32,669 nt of DNA from Candidatus Thorarchaeota archaeon (lineage in GTDB: Archaea; Asgardarchaeota; Thorarchaeia; Thorarchaeales; Thorarchaeaceae). The translations under genes were made by a program, and so were the position numbers. The stretch lies in the NCBI GenBank assembly GCA_020348985.1, contig CP070761.1, positions 630,354-663,022 on the forward strand. The letters are read 5' to 3'. A model generated the notes under the pieces. It was not told where the DNA came from and searched no databases. It saw only the letters and a program-made list of their open reading frames with translations. The first letter of the stretch is position 1. Each line of letters starts with the position of its first letter. This document shows positions 9,272-19,293 of the stretch, one piece after another.

Positions 9272-10264
9272 ATGTCAGATGACTATGATTGGATTGATTT
9301 GCATCATCACTTTCTTCCAGACGTCTGGTTGAAATCCCTCGCAGAAATTGGAATTACGGAGATATCGGGAGTGCCTCTTCCGAAATGGAGCCCTGATAGA
9401 GCACTGAAGGATATGGACAACCTGGGAATAGACAAGGCAATCCTCTCACTACCTCTCGTCTACTTCAAGGATGATGAGTTCTCCAGAGGACTGGCAAGGA
9501 AGGTCAACACCTACCTCGCTGAGATGATCAGGAAACATCCCTCTCGTTATGGTGGGCTTGCGTCTATACCTCTTCCCGACATAGATGGGGCGTTTGACGA
9601 GCTCACATTTGCGTTAGACGAGCTCCATCTTGACGGAGTCACACTCATGTCAAACTCTGAGGGTCTGTATCTGGGAGACCCCGAGCTTGAGGAATTCTTT
9701 GCCGAGCTAAACAGACGCAGGACAGTGGTCTTCATACATCCAGGTGATCCGCCATTTGCACACATGAGGAAGCCTGACGTCCCAATTCCTTTCATCGAGT
9801 GGCCCTTTGACACGACACGAGCCGTTGCAAACATGGTATACGGCGGTGTACTTGACAGGTATCCGAATATTCGGTTCATCCTCTCGCACGGTGGCGGGGC
9901 AGTCCCATATCTCGCTTGGAGAATCAGCATACTTGAATACAGACAACGGGACAAGGTCAAGAAGTTCCGGTCTCTGTACGACCTAATCCTCCGTAAACAA
10001 GGACCCTCGACAGGATTGAAACTCTTGAAGAAGATGTACTATGACACAACTGCTGTGACTACCCAGAGTTCCCTGACTACTCTCAAGGCGCTACTAGATC
10101 CATCCCACATTGTTCTCGGGACTGACCTGGGCATGGCTCCGAAGCTGATGGCATCTCTTGTCTTGAGTGATCTGAAAGGCTTCGAGGGATTTGGCGAAGA
10201 GGATTTGAGGGCAATTGCACGAAAGGGAGCCTTGGAGCTGTTCCCAAGACTAGAATCTGTCTGA
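9272..10264 (+). CDS. Amidohydrolase family 2 protein (ACMSD/aromatic-acid decarboxylase-like)
   Basis: DLHHH metal motif, FIHP, LSHGGGAVPY, YYDT, GTD; GGTG RBS upstream. Confidence 0.9.
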   Translation: MSDDYDWIDLHHHFLPDVWLKSLAEIGITEISGVPLPKWSPDRALKDMDNLGIDKAILSLPLVYFKDDEFSRGLARKVNTYLAEMIRKHPSRYGGLASIPLPDIDGAFDELTFALDELHLDGVTLMSNSEGLYLGDPELEEFFAELNRRRTVVFIHPGDPPFAHMRKPDVPIPFIEWPFDTTRAVANMVYGGVLDRYPNIRFILSHGGGAVPYLAWRISILEYRQRDKVKKFRSLYDLILRKQGPSTGLKLLKKMYYDTTAVTTQSSLTTLKALLDPSHIVLGTDLGMAPKLMASLVLSDLKGFEGFGEEDLRAIARKGALELFPRLESV

Positions 10265-10344
10265 AGGCTTGGCTCTCTAACCCTATGGAACATTCTCCCA
10301 CAGTTCATTATATACTAACCAAGCGTTGCTCTGTATGAAATAAC

Positions 10345-10554
10345 ATGGACGAATTCAATGAAATGCAATTATTTGTTGCAGTCACAGTAATGATTGTGGC
10401 AGCGTTGTTGATGGCAGATGGTCGGATTCTAGGCGAAGCTTCAACCAGCCTTGGCAGGATTCTGTTGATTGTAGCAATGCCTATAGTTGTCAAGAGCAGG
10501 AAGTCCCGCATTGTGACTGATGCTCAAAGAGAGACACTAAAAGAGGGTCAATGA
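10345..10554 (+). CDS. Small putative membrane protein (2 TM)
   Basis: 69-aa ORF with two hydrophobic stretches and a TTATATA box at ~10308. Confidence 0.4.
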   Translation: MDEFNEMQLFVAVTVMIVAALLMADGRILGEASTSLGRILLIVAMPIVVKSRKSRIVTDAQRETLKEGQ

Positions 10555-10649
10555 CCCTCCGCTCTTTGAGCATTACTTCCTTTTGGACTCATCCCATCGA
10601 GTTATATCCTGCCTAGTTTCAAGCTTCCGCAGACATTGGGTGTTGCAGG

Positions 10650-11390
10650 TTGGAATCCAGTCAGCATGATCAAGAAGAGTTAATGGCCAGTCAGAGAAGG
10701 ATTCTACGCTTGATGCGCAGAAGTCACCGTTTCTTGATGGGTCACATCTTCTCTACAGTGTTCGGAATGTACATTGTGATGCTGTGGGTAGTCCTGGTCA
10801 TTGCAATGATGGATCTCCCTCTCGAACACCTCTCTATTGCGTTTGTAATAATCGTCCTCCCGATTCTTATTCTTCCTCTTCAATACAAATCTGCCAAAGA
10901 CAAATTCGGAGCTCTCCAGCAGGCTGGAGATGCCCTCAATGAGATTCAGGACACACTTGATGAGAGGCAAATTGCTTCAGGTTTGACATCGTATATCTTC
11001 CTCATCTTTGATGTAATTAGACCCGGCGACACTTTGGATGACATTTCCTCAAAGAATGATGCTGAGCATCTTAGGAAAAACCTCTCTGACTTGACAAGGC
11101 GTGTGATTACTGAGGTCATCTTTCTTGGTGCGATGTATACGTATCTCATCGTCAATTTCTTGATTCCAGAGTTCATCTCTGCCATTGAACAAGGGGGGCA
11201 GCTGCTTTTCCCACTCGCATTCCTTTGTGTGATTATTGCTGTAATGGTAACAAGGTGGTTCATTTTCTTCTACTGGCGGCTCCTAGTAGGCCGATGGCTC
11301 AAGTTCTATCAAGGCTTCATTGCCTGGGGCGAAGAACTGGAACGAATGTTCACAGGTGCTGCAAAAGATAATCATGGGAGGACACACTAG
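10650..11390 (+). CDS. Hypothetical membrane protein (about 4 TM)
   Basis: 246 aa with two hydrophobic hairpins; its stop overlaps the start of the next gene (TAGTG). Confidence 0.75.
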   Translation: MESSQHDQEELMASQRRILRLMRRSHRFLMGHIFSTVFGMYIVMLWVVLVIAMMDLPLEHLSIAFVIIVLPILILPLQYKSAKDKFGALQQAGDALNEIQDTLDERQIASGLTSYIFLIFDVIRPGDTLDDISSKNDAEHLRKNLSDLTRRVITEVIFLGAMYTYLIVNFLIPEFISAIEQGGQLLFPLAFLCVIIAVMVTRWFIFFYWRLLVGRWLKFYQGFIAWGEELERMFTGAAKDNHGRTH

Positions 11391-11734
11391 TGGAACCTCC
11401 TACAATTCGCCCTCGATCATGGACGCCGGGTCCGAGAAGAACTAAGTACGAGCGATGGGTGGAACTTCTTGAAGCCTGCGTATGGCAGTCCAGAACTCAG
11501 AGCTGGTTGATGCGTCACTTGGGATTGAAGACACAGATGATCAAAGAAGACCTTGATTTCCTGGTCGCTGCTGGACTCTTCAAACAGGTCGACGAACCAG
11601 AGGCTGGCATCTACGTATTCAGGACCACTGAAAAGGGCCGGGAAGCCTTGGAGCAGTTCTACACATTAGTGACACAATTCTTCACTGGTGGGCCGGACTC
11701 AACAAAACTCGCGGCCTTCTTAGTCATGACATAG
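11390..11734 (+). CDS. Winged-helix DNA-binding protein (archaeal HTH_45-like)
   Basis: RRTKYERWVELLEAC...LMRHLGL...LDFLVAAGL...YVFRTTEKGREAL. Confidence 0.8.
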   Translation: MEPPTIRPRSWTPGPRRTKYERWVELLEACVWQSRTQSWLMRHLGLKTQMIKEDLDFLVAAGLFKQVDEPEAGIYVFRTTEKGREALEQFYTLVTQFFTGGPDSTKLAAFLVMT

Positions 11735-11799
11735 ACTATGGACCTTTTTCCCACAGTCCATTATATAGTAAATCTTCATTGTCTTTCATGTGAATAGTC

Positions 11800-12570
11800 A
11801 TGAAAGATGATGTACTTTCGATAACTACCAAAGGACTCACGAAGTCCTTTGGGTCAGTGATGGCTGTGGCTGGATTGGACCTCATAGTTCCAGTTGGTAC
11901 ACGCTTTGCACTTCTTGGCCCAAACGGGGCAGGCAAGACGACCACGGTACGGATGCTCACTGGTCTGATGAGGCCAACAAGTGGGAGAGCTTCAGTTTTT
12001 GGCCATGACATCGTTTCCCAAAAGGACGAGGTCAAAGCAATAACGGGCCTCTTGCCAGAGACGCCAGGACTCTACTCAAAGCTCTCTGCTGCTGAATTCC
12101 TGGAATTCATTGGTGCGCTCAATCGCTTGCAGGCAGATGTTCTCTATGATCGGATAGACTCCCTACTCTCGATTCTGGGACTAGAAAGTAGACAAGACGA
12201 CCTTCTTGAATCATACTCCTCTGGAATGAAGCAGAAGGTCCTGATCGCCTCAACCCTGCTCCATGAGCCAAAGGTCGCGTTCCTAGATGAACCGACTTCA
12301 AGACTTGATCCGTCAGCCAGTGTACTGGTGAAGGAACTAATCCTTGCACTCGCGGAGGAGACCAAAACGACTTTCTTCATTTGCACTCACATGACGAGCT
12401 TTGCACACGACATCAGTGATGTCATAGGCATCCTTAACGAAGGAGAGCTTGTGACTGTAGGGTCGCCAGACGAGATTCTTGAATCAGCTCGTGCTTCAAG
12501 TCTCGAAGAGGCGTACTTGAAGATCGTTGGTAGAAAAGTAGACCGCGAAGCACTGCTCTCATGGAGGTAA
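11800..12570 (+). CDS. ABC transporter ATP-binding protein (ABC-2/drug-exporter type)
   Basis: Walker A GPNGAGKTT, signature YSSGMKQK, Walker B AFLDEPT, H-loop CTH. Confidence 0.95.
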   Translation: MKDDVLSITTKGLTKSFGSVMAVAGLDLIVPVGTRFALLGPNGAGKTTTVRMLTGLMRPTSGRASVFGHDIVSQKDEVKAITGLLPETPGLYSKLSAAEFLEFIGALNRLQADVLYDRIDSLLSILGLESRQDDLLESYSSGMKQKVLIASTLLHEPKVAFLDEPTSRLDPSASVLVKELILALAEETKTTFFICTHMTSFAHDISDVIGILNEGELVTVGSPDEILESARASSLEEAYLKIVGRKVDREALLSWR

Positions 12571-14216
12571 CCAAGGTGACTAGAAACTGGTTCCACATTG
12601 CGAAGGCCGAGTTTCAGGTCCAGACAAGCGGCTTCAGGTTGCATAGGAAGTCAGTCGTACTCGGCTTTTTCTCACTAGGGGTTGTCTGGGCCCTCATTAT
12701 CGCACCGTATCTGATGGCCTTCGTACTCACTGAGACCCTCGGAATTCCTCAACAGGTTCTTGTCATGATCATGCCAGGACTTCTACGTGCGGGCGTCATG
12801 TTAGTCTGGGTTATACTCCTGATTCTGCCTCTATCAAACGCTTTGCAAGAAGTCAAGCTAGGTCAGTGGGAGATTCTACTTAGCAACAATGTCAAAACCC
12901 GTGAAATCCTTGTCGGCTCGTTTGTTGGAAAGCTAACTGTCTATGGGATCTACGTACTTTATCTCGCTCCACTCTTGGTAGCACCATTTGCTCATGTCTT
13001 GGATGTCGCCCCTATTGGACAGGCACTCATGTACTTCACAGTGTTTCTGACAACTGTGGGTACTATTTGGCTGTCTCAGCTTCTGGTAACTGCGATTCAA
13101 TCAAGGCTAGGAGCTTCACCTAGAGGGAAGGATATTGCTAACGCAGTAGCGATTGCACTTAGTTTTGTGGCAATTCTACCACTCGTGGGTCTACAGCTCT
13201 TCGCACCCTTGATGTCTGAGATTCTGGGAATGAATGTGTTCTTGGTTTTTCCGTTCACATGGAGTGCAGATCTCATGTCACAGATAGCAGTCGCATTCAA
13301 CGGAATCGGATTGGCCGCTGGAGGTCTAGACATGGCTCTAGGTCTTCATTGGTCTAGCAATGCTTTGCTTCTCGGATTATTCAGTATAACATTGATCGTT
13401 CTAGGACTGGTGTCTGCAGATCATCTGTTCACAATCCGAGTAAGCACCAAAGCCAAATCTGTGGCAAACAAACAGAGTGAGAACGTCATACTGCGTGGAG
13501 TTCGCAGAGTTGCAGGGGTCTCGTTTGGAGTGCTTGTCGTGACTGGCTTCAAGGACTTCGCACGAAAAGCCCAGAACCTATCTCGCCTGGCCCTGTTGCT
13601 GCTCCTCGCCTCGATAGCTCCGGTCTTCATCCACGTAAGAGGTGGGGAACTTGACCTGACATCAGTCAATGTGATGATGTCATTGATGCTTGGTTTCCTG
13701 GGTGCACAAGTCTTTGGCGGTACTGGTTTCCTCGAGTCTAAGGATCAGCTATGGATGATTCAAGCAGCCCCACATGGTGTGAAGAGATACATGGAAGCAA
13801 AGACTGTTCAGTCTATCCTTCTCATTGCTCCTATTGTTCTTGTCCCAGCTTTGCTTTACACGGCGCTGCTTGGACTTTCGGCAAGTCAAGTCCTCTTCCT
13901 AGTGTCAACCTCATTCATGAGCTGTGTAGGTGGGGCCCTAGTAGGCATAGGAATCGCAGCAAGCAACCCTACATATGAAGACACCAAGAGTGGGGCTTAT
14001 ACAACCAACAACATCAGAGCCATGGGGTTGGTAGCTGTATCGTTCATGTGGTACTTTGTCGCCGATATGGTTCTATCCATACTCGGCTTCAGTGCAGTGA
14101 TGAACTACATCTGGGAATCGCAAGTCCTTTCCATTTTGGCTCAGGTCATGCCTCTACCGATTGTTGGACTGGCCGTAGTCCTTGTGGGTTCCGTTCGATT
14201 GTCAAACCGAGAATGA
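12561..14216 (+). CDS. Putative ABC exporter permease (about 12-14 TM)
   Basis: Highly hydrophobic 551-aa ORF directly behind or overlapping the ATPase. The true start may be the GTG at ~12576 after GGAGG. Confidence 0.85.
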   Translation: MEVTKVTRNWFHIAKAEFQVQTSGFRLHRKSVVLGFFSLGVVWALIIAPYLMAFVLTETLGIPQQVLVMIMPGLLRAGVMLVWVILLILPLSNALQEVKLGQWEILLSNNVKTREILVGSFVGKLTVYGIYVLYLAPLLVAPFAHVLDVAPIGQALMYFTVFLTTVGTIWLSQLLVTAIQSRLGASPRGKDIANAVAIALSFVAILPLVGLQLFAPLMSEILGMNVFLVFPFTWSADLMSQIAVAFNGIGLAAGGLDMALGLHWSSNALLLGLFSITLIVLGLVSADHLFTIRVSTKAKSVANKQSENVILRGVRRVAGVSFGVLVVTGFKDFARKAQNLSRLALLLLLASIAPVFIHVRGGELDLTSVNVMMSLMLGFLGAQVFGGTGFLESKDQLWMIQAAPHGVKRYMEAKTVQSILLIAPIVLVPALLYTALLGLSASQVLFLVSTSFMSCVGGALVGIGIAASNPTYEDTKSGAYTTNNIRAMGLVAVSFMWYFVADMVLSILGFSAVMNYIWESQVLSILAQVMPLPIVGLAVVLVGSVRLSNRE

Positions 14217-14235
14217 CCCTCCACGTGTAGTCTAA

Positions 14236-14260
14236 AGGGGGCGCAGTCCCCCTCCCTTTT
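14236..14260. terminator. GC hairpin between convergent genes
   Basis: AGGGGG-cgcagt-CCCCCT followed by CCCTTTT. Confidence 0.5.
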
Positions 14261-14293
14261 CAAACGACCCTGTCTCTCATTAGAGGGGACGCT

Positions 14294-15472
14294 TCACCCA
14301 AGTACACGAGAGAAATACGGTATCTTTCTGATTAGCGCACTTAGAAAGAAGATCAAAGGCACTCCTACAAGAGCAACAATGAAGAATTTCACCATTGCGG
14401 GCAGAGCTACTGGGATTAGAAGAATCATTAGACATACGACAACGATTGCATGGATTATGTAGGCAGTATATGCACTGCCTCCCATATTGCCTGCAATCCT
14501 GTTAGTTCGATTCAACCTGGTCTTAAAAACATGGAGCACTCCAATGGATATTGAGATTAGTGCTATTCCCTCCCAAAAAGAGTAGACCAGCGATTCCAAT
14601 GTTAATCCGCCCATGAATGGAGCAAAATCTGGGCTTTCCAAGTTGACAAAGGCCACAACAATAAGAGGCAGCGTGACCAGCGTAAGGACCGCTACTCCTA
14701 TCCATCGCGTGGCTTGAGACCTTGACAGACTGTCAAACCATCCCCCATAGTATGCCAAAATACCAATCCAGAACATGAACACATAGTGAGTGAAGTGTCC
14801 TAGCTGGAAATTGACGACAAATGTCACTCCAATAGGGCTAACTGTCCTAACCACGAACGAAATCCCGCCCAATGCGACAGTCGCTAATATCAGTATTCTA
14901 TCTCTTGGAAATGAATTCATGTACCAAGGAGTTGACTCTGTTGAAGGACGATAGCTTCGATAGATAACATACATTCCAGAAAAGATCAGTAGCGCCATTA
15001 GAAACCATAGATGATCTACACCAATGACTAGGTTGCTCATGCGATTCACCATAATCTCTGCAAAAGTAATGTTCAAACCATATGCATAATTCTTGGCAGC
15101 AAATTCCACTATGGGGGAGACAATCGCGGCATAGACCACCAATGGAATGCCCAATCTGACTAGTCTACCTCTGAAGAAGTTTCTCCCACCTTTCTTCTCA
15201 AATGACGGTGGCGTGAAGTATCCTGCCAGCAGAAAGAAGAATGCCATGAAGTATGACTGATTTATGGCATTGAAGAGTGTGAACAGAATTACCGTCATAT
15301 TATCAATCGGATTGAAATCGGCTTCATAAAGCAGCCATCCACCTGCCCCTCCATAGCCAATAGAAATGTGATGTAGAATCACTAGGATTGTCAGATAGGT
15401 TCTAATGTTGTCCATATAGAAAACTCTGGAAGACCTTGGGGAGTTTGTGGGTGACGCTCCAAATTCTGTCAA
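14294..15472 (-). CDS. Acyltransferase-3 family (OpgC/NolL-like) membrane acyltransferase
   Basis: RVFYMDNIRTYLTILVILHH, FMAFFFLLAGYF, RLVRLGIP, HLWFL. Start reassigned to TTG 15472 (GAGGA upstream, TATA at ~15520). Confidence 0.88.
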   Translation of the reverse strand: MTEFGASPTNSPRSSRVFYMDNIRTYLTILVILHHISIGYGGAGGWLLYEADFNPIDNMTVILFTLFNAINQSYFMAFFFLLAGYFTPPSFEKKGGRNFFRGRLVRLGIPLVVYAAIVSPIVEFAAKNYAYGLNITFAEIMVNRMSNLVIGVDHLWFLMALLIFSGMYVIYRSYRPSTESTPWYMNSFPRDRILILATVALGGISFVVRTVSPIGVTFVVNFQLGHFTHYVFMFWIGILAYYGGWFDSLSRSQATRWIGVAVLTLVTLPLIVVAFVNLESPDFAPFMGGLTLESLVYSFWEGIALISISIGVLHVFKTRLNRTNRIAGNMGGSAYTAYIIHAIVVVCLMILLIPVALPAMVKFFIVALVGVPLIFFLSALIRKIPYFSRVLG

Positions 15473-15530
15473 ACTGTTATCCTCGACCAAAGCCACAGCG
15501 GAAGGAAACCGTCTGATAAGTATAAAGATA

Positions 15531-15560
15531 GGGAGGGAGCACAAAGGACCCCCTCCCCTT
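15531..15560 (-). terminator. GC hairpin downstream of the CPBP protease gene
   Basis: GGGAGGG-N13-CCCTCCC inverted repeat, about 26 bp past the stop codon. Confidence 0.45.
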
Positions 15561-15585
15561 GACATCACTTTGATTGACAACGGGT

Positions 15586-16485
15586 CTAGCTCGTCGCGCC
15601 AGTCGTCAAAGATCTTCCATATCTCCTTATGACGATTGAAGCGACAATCCAGAGGACAACTGCGAGAGTTAAGAACCAGGTTGTTTCAGTTACAGGTAGT
15701 TGAATAACCGGAGTAAGGGCCAACAGAAATCCCGTAGAGCTTCCATGCATTAGCTGTATCATCAAGACGCTCTCGTCTGTGTTATTGTAGACCCAGACTT
15801 GAAGCACTCTCATGGCGGTCATCCCGACCATCCACATTGAAATGAAATATGGAATAAAGTAGATTCCAAGAGATTGACTAGACCCAAGAATGCCTGCCAT
15901 AAGATGCCAGACTCCATGTATTAGTCCAACACCGACAGCGGCATTAAACGAGTCAGTGTTGGCTCGCAGTGTTGGATACAGGAATCCCATCCATCCAATT
16001 TCCTCAAAGAAGCCCGTAATTAAGCCTAGGATGACTCCAAGCGTAAAGAATCCTGGGGCATAGACAGGAGAAAGTAGGATTGATAGGCTCGTGAGAACGA
16101 ACAGGATTAGAATTGGAGGCAGGAATAGTGCAACTGCGTACCAGGAGATGCCATTTCTCCAGCGTTTCATTCGTGAGAAAAGATTGGTGAGTCCATCCTT
16201 TCCATCAACAATGTATGTTACGGAGATTCCTGCTACACTTGGACCTGCTAGCATTGTCAGCCACATGTACAACCCATCGAGGAGCGTTACAATCTCGCCA
16301 CTCAGGAGTTTCGGGCCTGCAATCAAGAAAGAACCAATCCACGGTATCAGATACGCCACTAGGGTGTAATAGACAACTGGATGTCTTCTGATGTGATTGA
16401 CGATTCTATTCGAGTTGCTTGCACTTACCTCATCAGGATCTGATTCAACTGTAATTGCTATTCTCTTCATGTTGTAATTCACCAT
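15586..16485 (-). CDS. CPBP family (CAAX/Abi) intramembrane glutamic protease
   Basis: EEIGWMGF, HGVWH and LMHGSST motifs in a multi-TM protein. Confidence 0.9.
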   Translation of the reverse strand: MVNYNMKRIAITVESDPDEVSASNSNRIVNHIRRHPVVYYTLVAYLIPWIGSFLIAGPKLLSGEIVTLLDGLYMWLTMLAGPSVAGISVTYIVDGKDGLTNLFSRMKRWRNGISWYAVALFLPPILILFVLTSLSILLSPVYAPGFFTLGVILGLITGFFEEIGWMGFLYPTLRANTDSFNAAVGVGLIHGVWHLMAGILGSSQSLGIYFIPYFISMWMVGMTAMRVLQVWVYNNTDESVLMIQLMHGSSTGFLLALTPVIQLPVTETTWFLTLAVVLWIVASIVIRRYGRSLTTGATS

Positions 16486-16631
16486 TAGTATTGATTCAAG
16501 TATTGACCTGAAGAGAAGATAGAAGAAACATTGGCCACAAGTGACTGAAGAAATCCACCCAAATTATAAGACCCCTTTTCTGATTCTGAACCAGCTCCTT
16601 TACATTCTGAAAAAACAGGTGCGAAGATCGT

Positions 16632-17555
16632 ATGGATGCCTTGGACCGGCTCATTTTGAATGAGCTTTCATATCGATGTAGAATCTCATTCTCAAAATTG
16701 GCTGAGAAGTTTGATGTTTCTCTGACAACAATAAAGAATCGAGTTGAAGCACTTGTTGAAGAAGGAGTAATCCTACGATTCGTTGTACAGCTCCCCCTTG
16801 AGATAGTGCATGCTAACTTTGCAGTCGTCGTACTTGACATCAAGCCGAATACGATGACTGAAGACCTCAGAAGCCTAGGTACTAATCGTTTCATAATGGC
16901 CTTGGGTGCAGGTTATGAGCCACAGGGCTTTGCCATTGCTGTCTACAGGACAAATGATGAACTCATTCATGCCGTAGACCATCTACAATCCTCCAAATAT
17001 GTGGAGAACGCGCAAGCCTTTCCCGTCGTTGGTCCGCCAATGCCAATCGATAGGAGCCTGTCAAAAGGGTTCGAATCCTTGAAGAAGATTGATTGGAAGA
17101 TTCTGAAATCACTTCAATCAGATGGACGAAAAACACTAAGTGACATTGCATTGGATGTTGGTGCATCGGTACCGACAGTCCGAAAACGACTGACTTTCAT
17201 GAGAGAACACAACCTCATCCATGAAACCATTCAGATAAACCCCGCAGCAACAGAGCGACGGTTTGTTGTAATGTTTGTGATAAGAAGTTCCTTCTTTGTT
17301 GAGATGGACCATTTTGAATTGGAGAAGAAGTTTCGAGAGAAGTTTGGTGAGAACTATTGGATTAGCTTCAGGATGGCGAACAGTCCTGAACTCGTGCTTA
17401 CATTTGTCGTTGACTCATCGAAGGAAGTGGTTCCCCTTCGGTCTGGGCTATTGTCATTGTTCGACGACGCTGAGATTACTGGTCAGATGATTGTCCCAGA
17501 ATGGGTGTATTTCCCAGATTTTAGAGATGACATTATTGATGAACATCTATCTTGA
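16632..17555 (+). CDS. Lrp/AsnC family regulator with tandem duplicated HTH-RAM units
   Basis: Two HTH units: MDALDRLILNELSYRCRISFSKLAEKFDVSLTTIKNRV and KIDWKILKSLQSDGRKTLSDIALDVGASVPTVRKRL. Confidence 0.9.
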   Translation: MDALDRLILNELSYRCRISFSKLAEKFDVSLTTIKNRVEALVEEGVILRFVVQLPLEIVHANFAVVVLDIKPNTMTEDLRSLGTNRFIMALGAGYEPQGFAIAVYRTNDELIHAVDHLQSSKYVENAQAFPVVGPPMPIDRSLSKGFESLKKIDWKILKSLQSDGRKTLSDIALDVGASVPTVRKRLTFMREHNLIHETIQINPAATERRFVVMFVIRSSFFVEMDHFELEKKFREKFGENYWISFRMANSPELVLTFVVDSSKEVVPLRSGLLSLFDDAEITGQMIVPEWVYFPDFRDDIIDEHLS

Positions 17556-17583
17556 CCGAGTTTTGAATCCAACAAGCACAAGT

Positions 17584-17858
17584 CTCGTGGGGCAGAGGCC
17601 GTCACCAGACCGCGACTCTTGAGGAATCTGCGTTATGACACAGCGGCAATGATTACACCCAGCTCTTTGAGAGCCCTCAAGGAGCAGATGAAGGTGTCCA
17701 AGATTGCGCTCGGGACCAACCTGGGTGCAGCTTCGAGGTTGATGGTCTCTACTGTCCTGAGCGACTTGAAGTCCTTCGATGTTTTTTATGAAGATGACAT
17801 GAGGACAATCTCACGAGCGGGAGCTCTAGAGCTATTTCCCAGACCAGCATCCGCTTGA
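17584..17858 (+). pseudogene. 3' remnant of an amidohydrolase paralogous to 9272-10264
   Basis: 79 aa (17619-17858) align without gaps to the last 79 aa of the intact gene, 44/79 identical by hand count. The metal-ligand motif GTD has become GTN. Weak frameshifted similarity extends to ~17584. Confidence 0.85.
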
Positions 17859-17954
17859 ATACAGAAAAGGCTCTGACCCAATGATTTCTGCTCGAAGTGA
17901 CACCTGGAGATGGAAGCACTAAAGAGAAGTGGATGTCTTATCCTAGTGGGTTTT

Positions 17955-19076
17955 ATGCCTCAAGAGCTGAATGACTGCGTGCAAGAGCTTCTTGACCGAC
18001 TAGTCGCGTCGGGTGAGGAGATTGGCCTACAAGTGGCGGCCTATGTTGACGGCGAGCTTGTCGTCGATGCATGGGCTGGGGTCACCGATGAAGCCAGCAG
18101 GCATGCAATTGACGGCAATACGCTCTTCACCTCGTGGTCGACGACAAAAGGATTCGTTGCTACCTGTCTACACATTCTAGTCGATCGCGGCCTTGTGGAC
18201 TATGATACTACAGTGGCGATGTATTGGCCTGAGTTTTCAGTCAGCAACAAGGACAAGATTACTGTTCGGCATGTTCTTACTCATTCCGCCGGCATACCAC
18301 ACATGCCTGAAGGCGTGACTCCCGAGATGATGACTGACTGGGATGCCATGTGCTCTGCAATTGCGAAACAGGAGCTACTTTGGACGCCCGGGGAGAAGAC
18401 GGGCTACCACTTCTGGGTTTTCGGTTGGATCATAGGTGAGATTATTCGTCGTGTCGATGGACGACCAATTGCTCAATTCGTTCAAGAAGAGGTCTGCCAA
18501 CCTCTTGGAATTGAGGGCTTCTACCTAGGTATTCCCGACGACGTGGAACACCGTGTCGCTCCACTTAGGGAAGAACACCGGCCTGCTGAAGGGGCGTCCG
18601 AGACTGACGACTTACTTCAACGTGTGGAACCACCACGAGTTACGTGTGCTGAAGTAATCAATCGACCTGATATACGTCGAGCATCTATCCCTGCCTGCGG
18701 TGGCATCATGACCGCTCGGGCTATTGCTCGTCACTACGCAATGCTAGCAGGTCACGGAGAGTTGGATGGAACGCGGATTCTCTCAGCAGCGCGGGTCGAT
18801 GTTATTCGTGCCCTGCAAACCGATGATCTGGATGAGGTGTATGGAGCACGGATACGAAGAGGGCTTGGGTATTTTCTTGGCGGTGATGTCAATCTGAACT
18901 GGAGTATGGCTATGGGCCGAATAGGCAGAGAATTCGGTCATCCCGGATGGGGAGGCTCTATTGGGTTTGCGGATCCAGAAGAACGACTGAGTTTCGGTCT
19001 CACAAAGAATCTGATGAAAGGAGACCACAATACTGCGCTGGTCGTTGCTGAAGAAATCAGGAAGCATTTGCAATGA
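17955..19076 (+). CDS. Serine hydrolase, beta-lactamase class C/EstA family
   Basis: SxxK (WSTTK), LTHSAG, PGEKTGYH, FGHPGWGGS. Likely start is ATG 17955. Confidence 0.92.
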   Translation: MPQELNDCVQELLDRLVASGEEIGLQVAAYVDGELVVDAWAGVTDEASRHAIDGNTLFTSWSTTKGFVATCLHILVDRGLVDYDTTVAMYWPEFSVSNKDKITVRHVLTHSAGIPHMPEGVTPEMMTDWDAMCSAIAKQELLWTPGEKTGYHFWVFGWIIGEIIRRVDGRPIAQFVQEEVCQPLGIEGFYLGIPDDVEHRVAPLREEHRPAEGASETDDLLQRVEPPRVTCAEVINRPDIRRASIPACGGIMTARAIARHYAMLAGHGELDGTRILSAARVDVIRALQTDDLDEVYGARIRRGLGYFLGGDVNLNWSMAMGRIGREFGHPGWGGSIGFADPEERLSFGLTKNLMKGDHNTALVVAEEIRKHLQ

Positions 19077-19122
19077 CAGAGACATGCACAGAACATCAGG
19101 AGGATTTGTGTAGCTATCCCGC

Positions 19123-19293
19123 CCTGAACTCGCGCTCACGTTTGCTGTTGAATCATCAAGGCAGGCATGTCCTCTTCGGTCTGGATTGTTGTCATTGCTT
19201 GAGGAATCTGAAATCGCTGGTCAAATGATTATCCCGGAATGGATGTGTTTTCCTGATTTCAGAGATGATATGATTGATGAACGTCTATCGTGA
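19123..19293 (+). pseudogene. 3' remnant of an Lrp/AsnC gene, a diverged direct repeat of 17385-17555
   Basis: PELALTFAVESSRQACPLRSGLLSLLEESEIAGQMIIPEWMCFPDFRDDMIDERLS*, 39/56 aa identical to the intact C-terminus. In-frame TAG just upstream and no start codon. Confidence 0.9.

Noticed and set aside
17955-19076. Antibiotic-resistance beta-lactamase
   Set aside because: No signal peptide, and the HPGWGGS motif points to the EstA-type esterase branch.
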